64,000 bases of DNA. Source: Lama guanicoe (Eukaryota). Location: contig MU053216.1 in assembly GCA_013239625.1 (NCBI GenBank), positions 994,001 through 1,058,000 on the forward strand, written 5' to 3'. The notes under the pieces are model-generated. The model saw only the letters and a program-made list of their open reading frames with translations. It did not search any database and was not told the DNA's origin. Made by a program: the position numbers and the translations under genes. Below, in pieces: positions 37,610 to 48,270 of this stretch (its first letter is position 1; each line of letters begins with the position of its first letter).

Positions 37610-38773
37610 GTGCGCAGGTGTCGGGGGTGGGGGACGGCGCGGCGCGGCGCGGCGCGGCGGCATCCCTGCCAGAGAGCCGGGGGGACCAGCTTCCCCACCA
37701 GGTTCCGCCCTCGTCAGGACAGCAGTTAGGACTGGTACTCCCTGGACTGGGCAGTCCTTTGCTGGACGTTTTATGAGCGCAACTCAATCGTGATGGTATC
37801 CTGAGAGAGAGCGTTGTTAACCCACCTTGCAGATGGAGAAACTGGGTCAAAGAGCACGCAGGGGACGTGCGGAGGGCACCCATCCAAACAGTGGCAGACA
37901 GGCCACCGTTGTCGCCCACATCTGTCAGGCGCTGTGGCCCAACCCCTCTGTTAAACCAGGCTGCCTCCGTCTAACCCTGACCGTAATTCACCTCCGAGGG
38001 GAGGACCCCGGGGCTGGTCTGGCCACTAGGGTTTAGGGTTCCAAGGGCAGGGAGAGAAGGGCTGAGCTCATCGGATGCTCCTGGGTGCCTCGTGGGAGGA
38101 GTCTCATCTCACCTCTGAACAAGCCCAGTTTGCAGACCGAGAATCACCTGGCCCCAGATCACACGGCGAGCGGGGTGGTGAGGAAGGAAAAGTCCCCCCT
38201 GCTGGAGGCCAAGTGCAATGGCTTTTGGACAGTCCTCTTATGTTGCTCCTGTTCCCCGGGGTCCCCCAGAGGAGGGACAAGGCTGTGTGTCCTGGGCTGC
38301 TCCCACGTAGCTGACAGGGATGCGGGTGGTGCCTCAGAAGCTGGGTTCTACTCCAAGCTCCGCCGCCCGGTACCTGTGTGACCTGTGACAACCCCTCACC
38401 GTCTCTGGTCTTGATGCAAGCTGCAGGAGGCAGGGCCCACACGTTCCTTTTGATCTCAACGCCCTGCACGGGGTCTGGCACAGGTTTTTTTGAGTGGGGC
38501 AGAGCACGGGATGGTTGCCCCTTACAGGGGTTTATAAACTTTGTTTAAAGGCGTGGTTCACTTTGTTCAGATGGTGTCCCATAAGCCCACTGTATAAAGC
38601 TGGTAAAGGATCCTTACTGAACTGATGGTGGTTGGGCGAGGCCCCAGAGGCATCCTCACTGGGCCGAGTGAACCTGCAGCTCCTGGGATGAGCCAGGCCA
38701 GCGGGGCCCCCATGGTGGCCCCCTGATGGCTCCTGACTCTGTCTCCTGCCCCATCTCCCACCTTCCAACTCAG

Positions 38774-39602
38774 ACCGCTGAGCGTGGAGGAAGCAGAGGT
38801 GCCCCAGCCACTACCCCCAGCCTCCAAAGATGAGGACGAGGATGTCCGGGCCACCCTCAGGTCGCGGCAGGAGCGGAGGCAGAGGCGGCAGGCGGTGGAG
38901 GTGGCACAGGCCCCCATCCGGGAGCAGCTGGAGGCAGAGGAGGGGAGGGACAGCTCGGCCGCTGGGCAGGCCAAGAAGGCGCCCCCGGTGCCCAAGAAGG
39001 AGGTGGAGCTGCTGTCTCGCAGGAGACTGAGCCAGGGGCGGCCGGGCTCCTGGGCCCTGGAGGAGGAGAGCTCGGCCGGCAGGGAGCCAGGAGGCAGCAG
39101 GAGGAGCGTCTCGGAAAAAGGCCCGGCTCCCGAGAAGCCTTCTGCTGTAGAGAAGACATTAGTACCTGAAAAGAGACCAGACTCCAAGCTCTCCGTCTCT
39201 GAGAAGGCCCCCAGCCGCGACCAAGTGTCTGTGTTGGAGAGGATCGCAGTGTTGGAAAAGACGACTGCCCCAGGAAAGAGATCAGTTCTGGAAAAAACCA
39301 GTGTCTCAGAGAAGCTGCCGGCCTCAGGGAAGGCGCCGGGCTCGGAGAGGAGCCTGGTGTCTGAGAAGGCGTCAGTCTTTGAGAAGACCCCGGCCACGGA
39401 GACAAGGCTGGCCCCGCTGAGGGCAGCGGCCTCGGGGCAGCCCGAGGCCCAGGAGCAGCTGGCCTCTGGGGAGAGCCCGTCCACCACCGAGGGGCAGAGA
39501 AGGGCCGGCCCCGAGAAGAAGCCCCCGTCCTCGGCAGGGCTGCGAGAGCAAAGGCCAGAGCCTCTGCCAGTGGCTTGCCGCCTCCCACCCATCACTCTCC
39601 AG
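38774..39602 (+). CDS. LAD1: LAD1 exon 3 (829 nt; SEK-type hexapeptide repeats)
   Basis: ctcag|A CCG CTG AGC GTG...CTC CAG|gttggc; same frame as ORF 38784..39884. Confidence 0.95.
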
Positions 39603-40068
39603 GTTGGCAGTGACACCCCCTCCCCTCTGGTCCTGCCCAGGTGGCCCCTGGTTCCCTCGCTGTCCCCTGTCCTCCCTCTAGGCCATTTCCTACCTGCTTC
39701 CAGACGCTGTCAGGGTAGAGCACTCATTGGGGGGAGGGGTTATCGGCTGTGTGGTGGGGGGCACCTGATACCCCGCACCACATCCTCATCCATGGCCCCG
39801 ACTCCAGACCCTAGCAAACTTGGGAAGCTTCAGATCCTTCTGGAAGTTCCCCTGGAAAGCTCTGCCTGGTGGCCTGGCCCCTAGGACTGTGTGCACCATC
39901 CCCACAGCAGGGGCGGAGGGACAGAAGGCAGTCGGCGAGGGCACAGGGCTGTCTCCCCCTTCCCCCTGCAGCTCCTGGGATGAGCCAGGCCAGCGGGGCC
40001 CCTGTGGCGGCTTGGGCTCAGGGCTGCCCAGACCTGTGTGTGACAATCCCCTCCTCCACTCCATCCAG

Positions 40069-40173
40069 ATGAAAATCCCCAGCAAGGAGGACGAGGCAGA
40101 CACACCCTCGCCCACCCAGTCCACCTACAGCAGCTCCCTCCAGCGCTCCAGCCCCAGGACCATCTCCTTTCGG
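40069..40173 (+). CDS. LAD1: LAD1 exon 4 (MKIPSKED...PRTISFR)
   Basis: tccag|ATG...CGG|gtgagg, 105 nt. Confidence 0.94.
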
Positions 40174-40930
40174 GTGAGGGCCCAGGGCACCTTTGTCCGC
40201 AGCCCTCTGGAGGGCTCGTGGAGACCAGCCCCCGTCGTCGGCACGGGGCCCTGGGCGAGAGAGCAGCGAGGCTGTCTGCAGGCGGCTGGCCCTGGGCGCC
40301 GCTGCAGCTGGGTAGTAGAGGGGCTGTTAGCAGGTGGGGGTGGGGGTGGCCGAGGCTGAACAGCCCTGTCTGGCGGCGCCCGGCCTGCAGGAAGGCGGCG
40401 CGGTGGGGACGTGGCCCTGGGAGGCCTGCTCAGTTCCTTCCTCGCTCAGCAGGGCAGGTCAGGGGGCTCTTGTGCCCAGCACCCTTCTCCACCCCTGGAG
40501 CGCGCACCTCGTGGGCGGGGGCCGCTCGCCTCCCCTCATTCCAGCATTTACTTCTGGCAGCTCTGTTTGCCAGGTCATTCACTCATTTTCTGACTGACCG
40601 TGTGCTGTGCCAGGCCTGGGGGAGGAGGCTCGAGGCCGGGTGCCGGCTGGTGCCTGTCCCTGCCCTACAGGGCCCAGGACGGCGGGAAGCAGACGGGAAC
40701 CTGGCGGTTTCAGGTCCCCCTGGGGGCGTCCAGGGAGGGGCTGCTGACCCAGCCTGGTGAGCAGGCGGGGGTCCCAGATCAGAGGAGGGCCTTCAGTGGG
40801 GGTGTGGTGGGGAGTGAGCAGGGGTGGGTGGGAGGCCCCAGGAGGTGGACATGTTCTGAAAACTGAGCCCTTGAGGGGGCCATGGCCTCCTTGGGACCCC
40901 GACTCATTGGCATCTCCCATCTCTTTTCAG

Positions 40931-40974
40931 ATGAGCCCCAGGATGGACAACTCCGAGACCACCTTAACCCGCAG
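40931..40974 (+). CDS. LAD1: LAD1 exon 5 (MSPRMDNSETTLTR)
   Basis: tttcag|ATG...CGC AG|gtcagg, 44 nt. Confidence 0.92.
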
Positions 40975-41811
40975 GTCAGGGGCTGGGGGGCTCAGGCTCG
41001 CACCCACCTGGTCACGCTGGCCTGTGCTTTCCCAGCCTGCCGCCTGCCCTCCTTGTGCTGCAGGGCACGCAATGGAGCGGGCTCTGGGTCCCGCAGGGTT
41101 AACATGGGCACTGAGGCCGACATGGGGACCAGGGAGGGAAGGATGGGGGAGCTGCTCCAAGGTGGATAAGACAGAGTTGCCCTCAAGCAGCCCCGTCAGA
41201 CCATTAAACATGCGAGAGCCACTTAGGAACTGGAATGCGAGCCAGGGGGAGTTTGTCACAGGACTGCTGACATCCGAATGGACTTGAAGAACTAGGGGAC
41301 ATGCCCAGGCGGGAGCCTGGGGCTGCATTTTGATAAGTGGGAACAGCATGTGGAGAGGCACGGAGTGTGACATGCTCAAGGTGTCCAGTTGGCTGGCTGG
41401 CTCTTCAGGGTGGCGAGAAAGGGGTTGTGGGGGACGCTGGTGTCAGGAGGGCAGGCAGGGCCAGATCCTGAACCTCATATGCTATCCTGAGGCCTGAGGA
41501 CAGGGCGGAGGGGGGAGGAGGCTGCAGTGGGGAAGGTGGAGGGGGAAGAGCTGATTCAGGAGACGTTTTTAGGGGGAAGTGATAGTGTGGGGGACGGGTG
41601 GCATTTATTTCTGGTCCTGGGGATGTCCTGCTGAACGACTGTCCCTAGGGAGGACCGCGGGGTCCCTGGGGACTCGCCCAGCCATTATGGTCTCACCCAG
41701 TGATGGGGGCCATACTCCCTGTCAGAATGGCGTGGGAGTGGAGGCAGGCCTGTCCCCTTCGGGAGGGCCAGGATCTCACCTGCTTGTCTCACCCTGTCCT
41801 CCGTCCCGTAG

Positions 41812-41884
41812 CAGCAGCATGAGGCTCCCGGCTGGCATGGTCAAGTTAGGCCAGAAGCTGGAGCGATACCACACGGCTATACAG
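41812..41884 (+). CDS. LAD1: LAD1 exon 6 (SSMRLPAGMVKLGQKLERYHTAIQ)
   Basis: cgtag|CAGCAGCATG...CAG|gtgggt; start could be 3 or 6 nt later (tandem acceptors). Confidence 0.88.
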
Positions 41885-41982
41885 GTGGGTGGGGCCCTTC
41901 TGGGGGGAGGAGACCTGATGGGTGTGGTGGGTGGGGCCTCCACCCCTCCCTGTGGGTCAGCTGTCCTGCTCTCTGCTCCCAG

Positions 41983-42120
41983 AGATCAGAATCCGTCAAG
42001 TCTCCGGGGTCCTCCCGCACTGAGTTCTTGGTGGCTCCCGTGGACGTGGCCAGCAAGCGCCACCTCTTTGAGAAGGAGCTGGTGGGTCAGAGCCGAGACG
42101 AGCCGGCCTCCAGCCGGAAG
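41983..42120 (+). CDS. LAD1: LAD1 exon 7 (RSESVK...VASKRHLFEKE...SSRK)
   Basis: cccag|AGA...AAG|gtgagc, 138 nt. Confidence 0.94.
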
Positions 42121-42405
42121 GTGAGCAGCTTGGGCCCAGCCAGGTGTCCTCAGGCCGATAAGCCTGCAGGGCTGCAGAACCCAAACCTGGGCCTCGGCAG
42201 GGCTAGGAAGCTCCGTGACTTCACACGTCGATTTTGGCAGGACTTGCCGCTGACCTGAGTAACTTGCAGTCTCTGTGCTGAGCCCCAAGTCCCTCAGCTG
42301 TGCGCACAGCTCCCGGGGGTGGTCCTGCGGCCTGTCCCGGGGGCCTCTGAACGTGCTGCGCTGTTGCCAGTGGCCCTGACCCGAGATGGAAGCCTGTCTT
42401 TTCAG

Positions 42406-42492
42406 GAGAACCTGAGGCTCTCGGGGGTTGTGACATCAAGGCTCAACCTGTGGATCAGCAGGACCCAGGAGCCTGGAGATCAGGACCCCCAG
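42406..42492 (+). CDS. LAD1: LAD1 exon 8 (ENLRLSGVVTSRLNLWISRTQEPGDQDPQ)
   Basis: tttcag|GAG...CAG|gtacct, 87 nt. Confidence 0.94.
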
Positions 42493-42704
42493 GTACCTGT
42501 CCCTCCTGAGGTCTCTTACACGGTCCTTTTTGCGGCAGAATGACTGGGTGAGAAGGGCAGCCTGGGAGCAGTGGGGACGTTCTAGGCGTGGAGACGGAGA
42601 AGAGAAGGGTCAGGGGTCCTCCGTCAGGAAGGGGGGTCCTGGGGCCCCCGAGTCCCTCTGTAGTCACCCTGAGCCCCTGGTCTCCACCCCATGCCTGCAT
42701 CCAG

Positions 42705-42779
42705 GAGGTGCAGAAAGAGTCGGCAGCAGCCAGGAGAACCCTGTGGAGGAAGAAAGCAGACGCCTCCCTGGATGCTGAG
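42705..42779 (+). CDS. LAD1: LAD1 exon 9 (EVQKE...SLDAE)
   Basis: tccag|GAG...GAG|gtgagg, 75 nt. Confidence 0.9.
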
Positions 42780-43055
42780 GTGAGGGGAGTGGAGGCGGCT
42801 GGCTCCTGGGAGACACCACATGCGCCCCCCCCCAGTGGCCCCCAGGCTGGGCGGACCCGACCTCTGACCGACTGCTGGCTGCAGCTGCCACTGGCTTTGC
42901 TTCCCCCACCACTGGGCCAGCCCCCACCCCCACCCCCTCAACCAGTAGATCTGGGGTCTCTGGCCCAGTGTGGGTGAGGTGCTTGGGGAAAAAGGATGCC
43001 TTCCTATCCAGCCCTCGGAGCCCCTCTCTTGTTCTCATAGCCCTTTGCCCTGCAG

Positions 43056-43061
43056 GTGTGA
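43056..43061 (+). CDS. LAD1: LAD1 exon 10 coding part (V*), followed by 3'UTR of uncertain end
   Basis: ctgcag|GTG TGA gives the ladinin C-terminus DAEV*. Confidence 0.85.
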   Translation: M

Positions 43062-46000
43062 GGAGCCCTCCCTGGACAGACAGGCAGGTGGTCTCAGGGC
43101 CCCTGCGTCACCCCCGTCTTGCCACCCCACTTCCTTTCTGCCTCTGGCCCCGGGACCAGGAACGTCACGGAGACGCTGCCGGCCCAGCCTCGGGGGCAGC
43201 AGTGCCGGCAGCTGGTCCCGCTGCAGGCACGGAGGGCCCTGGGCCCCAGCACTCGCTCCCGTCCGTCCTCGGTGCCGGCCCCGGTCTCCATCCGCAGACG
43301 GTGGCTCCTACCCTCTGCTCCCTTCGGGGTCAGGGAGGCGCCATCCCACAGGAACCCTGGGGCCTCCTGTGTGGTCTGCGCCCGGCAGGTGTCTCCCAGC
43401 GTGTGGCTCACGGAGCCAGCCCACCCCCTCTGTCCCCGGGGCGCACCGTCTTCCACGTGCCCTGTCCCTCCTTGTCCTCCCTCGCGTCCCGCCTTGCCCC
43501 CTTCTCAGGAAAGCGCTGATAAACTCGTTCACTCTCAGGTGTAAGTGGCTAAAAGTACCTTAAAACCCGTCCCATCCTGGAGGCTGTGCTTTTCAGTGGG
43601 GACCGCCTGCAGGCGTGGGGACGACTGTTTTGGCTTCGGTGGGGGGGCAGTCATCACTGTCCTAGCAGCCCCCCTTTTCATCACACTTAGGGGGTGTCTC
43701 CTGGTTGTCCTAGCACGGTGACTTGGGAGACAAAACTGTCACGCACAGTGCGAAGCTGTGGCCACACCCCTTACATACATGCTCCCCGAGCCTGGCCCAT
43801 CGTTCCCACAACCTCGTGGCCCGTGTGAGCTTGGAGGGTGCTGAGCCAGCTGAAAACGAGGACAAACCCTCCTCGGTCAGCGTGGCGCCTGTCAGAGCCC
43901 TCAGGCCGTGGCCGTGACGGCAGATGAGTGCAGCGTCTGTGGGCGCGAGAGGGCAGGTACGTGTGTGTGTTCGCACACACAGACACACACACATTTTCTG
44001 CTTTCAGTCATTGAACGTCATTAGGTCTCTGCTTGGATCTTCCCCAGAGCCAGCTGTGGGGAAACCAGTGCGGGGCCCTGCCCACGTCCCCTGCATCCCC
44101 CACCCCCCTGCCTAGGCTGTCTGGGAAACTCCAGCCCGCAGGGGTCACCAGACCCCAGCTCCTCAAGCCCACGGGGCAGAAGCAGCCAGCCTCGTCCAGC
44201 CTTGGTCACTCTGAGTGGGGGCTCCTGTCTGGGGTCCTGTGGCCCCGGGACAGAAGGGCCGCAGGGCCCCCTCTGGGACCTCAGGCTGGCCTGTCTCCAG
44301 CTGGTGGGTCTCCTGTGGCTGGCCCGGGCTGGCACTGAGTCGGGGGTCGCAGGACGTGGAGGCCCTGCCCAGAGCACCCCCCAGCCCATGACCAGGGCTA
44401 GAGTTTTGAGGGGTGCTCCGACTCCAAGGGTAGAGGACAAGGCCCGGGGAAGGTGGTGAGCTCTGCCCAGGGCCTCGGGCCTGGCCCTGCACTGGCCCTG
44501 CCAGGAACTCGGGGCTTAAAACAAGTGACCTTCAGGTTTTTGAATGCTCATCTCCCAAACCTTGGAAAGTCCTTGCTGGTGGATTTGTCCAGCAGGCACA
44601 ACTGTCCTCGCAGACTCATGGAAGATTCCAGAACCCTCCCTGCAGCATGGAGGCCTGAGAGGGGCCGAGGGTGCCTGCTTGGCCCTGGGCGTCTGGCAGC
44701 TGCTGCCTTCGCGTGGTGGCACCCACTGAGGGAAGACTGCTGGCAGGGTGCGGGGGGCAGCACCCCAGGACTCCCTCGCCTTCATGCATCCCAGGCGCGA
44801 GGGCCCTGCGCTCACCGCCATCGGGAGACGGCCTGTAAACCCAGAGCTGGACGCAAGTCCGGGGTGGCTGCAGCTGTAACAGCTATGAGGGTGGAGCGTG
44901 CGTCCTGGGGTGACTGGGCGGCGAGACCTCTCGAGGTGGCACTAAGCTCCCTCTGGGGACAGAACAGGTCCCCCAGCGTCCCACCCACACTGCTCGCCCC
45001 GTCCGCCTGCTTTCCTGCCCTGGAGGCCCAGGACCTCACCAGCGCCCTGCTCCTCTGGGTCCTCGGCGGCGGCGCCGTCCTAGACCCTGCTGCTTCCAGT
45101 GATGTCCTGGCCCGGCACGTCTGCTTCCTCTCCTCTCTGCCAGCCACGCCGGGAGGTGACCTTGCACCTGTTAGCAGATGGGGCGTCCGCGGCAGGTCGG
45201 GGGCAAGCCTGCTGTATCCGGTGTGGCTGCTGGAGGGCGCTGAGAGCCGCCAGCTGAACGACTGCTGCCCCGAGCTCCGAGCTCCGAGTGCAGTCCCCGC
45301 CTTGGGACAGTTAACGAAAGCCTCACACAGTCAGTCACGGATGCCGAGGACCTACCAACTTTTTCCTGTGGGGACTGAGGTGCCCAGATCCCTCTCCCAG
45401 GCATCCATGCAAACGAGTTGTGGCCCGTTTGAAGGACTGCTGAGCTTCCAAGGATCAGCAACCCACTGAAGTGGTTCAAGTTAAGGGAGGGCTTAGGAAA
45501 AGCAACTCCTGGATTCCAGGAGATTCCGGCCCGGACGCAAAGCAAGGCTGGGCCCTGGCAGGGTGCGGACAGGGAGTGGGTGGCGGTGTGTCCCACTCAC
45601 TCCTGGACAGCCTGTTCCCCTGCGCCTGCCCCCTCCATCTGCCTCCTTGTGTCTCCCTCCCCCCGGGATGCTGGCTGCTGGCTTCAGCCTACCCTGCCCC
45701 TGGCAGAGGATGAGCCTGGAGGTGGGAAATCAGGCCCCCGGGCCCAGAGGCCAGCGGGGACAGTGGAAGGGACAGGCTCAGCTGAGAGATAGGACAAGAG
45801 TCTGACAGCGGAGGGTGAGGAACAGGTGGAGGACCCTCTCAAGGACGCGGCTGGTGGGTGCGGTGGGCTGGCCTCCAGGGCGGCCGGGTCAGAGGAGAGT
45901 CTGAGGGTGGGGAGGGCTGGAGCTGGGCAGGGCGAGGGGGCACACAGGAAGGAGGGGGCTGGTCTGGAGGAGGGGCACTCCTTCTTGGAGTCAGGCAGGA

Positions 46001-46379
46001 TGGGGGCCTTAGATTCCAGAGATGGAGGGGAGTCGGCCCACCAGTCCCCAGACGCGCTTCCTTCTCTCTCTTTCCTTACGTACTGAGCCCTCAAGCATCC
46101 CCAGCGCTGTACCAGGGGCTGTGGACACACACACACACACATGCAAACACGGAACCCCTGGGCCCCAGTCTTACGGGTCTTATGATCTAGTAGGGTTAGC
46201 AGATCATAGTCCCGCGTTGCCTAATTTTAAAGCCATATCGGAATGAACTTCAGCCAGTTTCCCTGCCCCCTCGCACAACCAGCTGCCTGTCAGACGAGAA
46301 CTACCATTCTTGGCTGGAAATTCTACCTTGTATCTGATTTGCTGAAGTGGGTTTAGTCCCTTCCAGTGAGGCACTTGGG

Positions 46380-46940
46380 GTCAAGGAGAAGACCCCCTCT
46401 GCACATAGGCTCACTGAGGCCCCCAGAGTCTGCCTCCCGCCCGAGGCCTGGCCCGGGGGAAGCAGCCAGTAGCTGGGAAGGCGCCAGCACCCACACAGCA
46501 TCACTTCGAGTCAAGCTGCAGATAAGCCCTGCCTCTCCCGTGGACCCCGTCCCGGGGGGCGAACTGCCTGCTGCCCCCCGCCTGTTCCCAGCCTGTCTCC
46601 CCGGCCCGGGCTGCTGGCATCTGCTTATCGGGATTCTCAGGAGGGACAGCTGGTTTATGTCACACGCCTGCTCCCTCTCGTCCCCTGCCTATCTGTTCTG
46701 GTTTTAAATAGCTTATCTGAGCAGCTGGATGACCACATGGGCTTATATGGCGTGGGGTACGTGTTCCCCTAGCCCTGCCCCTGGAACCTGCCAAAATCAC
46801 AGCCAACACCCCCACTGCCCCCCCCGCCCCCAGCCTCCCCCCGGCGCGTCTCCTGCCACACATTCCTCTCACCACAGGGCTGGCTCCCCAGCCCCAGCCC
46901 ACATGCCTGCTTAAAGCCCTCTCCATCCCTCGCCCTCACC
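46380..46940 (+). promoter_or_regulatory. TNNT2: TNNT2 cardiac proximal promoter
   Basis: MEF2-like TTTTAAATAG 46702-46711, GATA (cttatct) 46712-46718, CAGCTG E-boxes, CArG-like GCTTATATGG 46741-46750, M-CAT CATTCCT 46861-46867 and TATA-like CTTAAA 46910-46915; collinear with the recalled human cTnT promoter. Confidence 0.88.
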
Positions 46941-46942
46941 CA

Positions 46943-46995
46943 GTCCCCGCCGAGGCGGGCCAGACCTCAGGACCCGTCTGAGCTCCTGTTCTGAG
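46943..46995 (+). other. TNNT2: TNNT2 exon 1 (non-coding; TSS approximate)
   Basis: About 30 nt after CTTAAA; donor TTCTGAG|gtaagg at 46995/46996. Confidence 0.85.
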
Positions 46996-48159
46996 GTAAG
47001 GCTCCGGCAGACTTGAGAGAGCAGAGGGAAGGGCCCTGGGGCCTGGCCCCCTGTCCAGAGTGCCCGCGTCCCCTCTGAGCAGGTGTCGGAGCTGGGAGGG
47101 TCCCCTTCCCTCTGGAGCTTCAGAGAGGGTGTTGCAGGGACGGCTCTAGGACTCGGGCAGCAGGGTGGCGGGAACCCCATGGCAGAGACGGCAGACGGGT
47201 CTGGGTCCCGGGCCAGCCGCAGAAGGTGCTGTGTGGTTGGCACATCTGGGTGAGTAGCTGCCCCGCCCTGGGCCTGTCTCCTCGGTGGCAGAATGGACAG
47301 ACGGTGGCCAGACCCCTAAGCACGGTGATGCTCCAGCCTGCGGGAGCTTCCCCGGGTCACTCGGTGCCCCACTGCAAGGCAGAGGGTCCTCCTGACCTGG
47401 CCCAGGTGGGCTCTTCTCCATCCCTGGAGACAGAGTGAGGCTGTGGTCACATTGGTCAGAACAGTCCTTGGGCCAAACTCTCTTCTCCAGGATCAGAAAC
47501 TGTCCCGCAGAAGGACCACATGTCCAGAGGCAGGCAGGAACCCCAGCGGACAGGGCGTCTCCTGACCTCCCAGACCTGGCATCGCGCCCGTGTCCCCAGA
47601 CAGGACGTGGGCCGACCTCTCTCTGGGAGAACCTTTCATGGAGCGTGAACCCAGCTGACTGGGTTAGAGGGTTAACTCTGGGTCCAGCTGCCTCCCCAGG
47701 GTCCCTGCCATGGTGACCCCCGCCCCGCCCAGCCCATGGCGAGAGCCCTTGCTCTCAGCTCTGAAGTGGTGAGGCGAGAAATAGCCCCTCTGCTCCCAGG
47801 AGCACTGCAGAAACGCCAGGGGAAGGGCCGCCTGGCGTGCGGGGCATTTCAGAGCATGGTCCTGTGCTGGTGCAGCTGGGAAGCCACCTGGTCCCCCAAA
47901 TTCTTTCCCTGACCCATGTGCTCCCGCCTCGGGGCAGAAGAGGAATCTGAGAGCATCAAGTTGCCCACCGCCCTCTCCCTCCTGCCCTAACGCCCCACCC
48001 CCGCCTGGCCCAGCCATACCCTGCACCCCAGCTCTCCTGGTGGCTGACAGCTGCAGGCTTAGGAAGCGTCCAGCTGAATTTTAGGGATAAGGGCTGAGGA
48101 GTGGGGCCTCCATTCCTCAGAGACTCAGACTGTTTCTGCAAGACTAGAACCTAAAGCTC

Positions 48160-48270
48160 CTCTATTTTATAGGTAAGTGAACCGAGACCCAGAGAGGTTA
48201 AGTGACTTAACTAAGGTCACACAGCAAAAACTAGGGTCTAAACCCAGATCTGTTGACCGCAGGGCCAGTG
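48160..48270 (-). mobile_element. MIR SINE
   Basis: 'ctattttataggtaagtgaaccgagacccagagaggttaagtgacttaactaaggtcacacagc'. Confidence 0.7.

Larger units (their letters stand above)
30577..43061 (+). other. LAD1: LAD1 coding span, ladinin-1, 10 coding exons
   Basis: 38+138+829+105+44+73+138+87+75+6 = 1533 nt gives 510 aa, MSVSRKDWAALSSLARQWTLEDEEEQERERRRRHRNL...SLDAEV*; SEK repeats; located between TNNI1 and TNNT2. Confidence 0.95.

Noticed and set aside
37610..37625. Alternative LAD1 exon 2 donor CAG|GTGTCG at 37617/37618
   Set aside because: Adds 8 nt and breaks the frame with exon 3
38567..39616. 349-aa minus-strand ORF with FS/FP repeats
   Set aside because: Antisense shadow of the repetitive LAD1 exon 3
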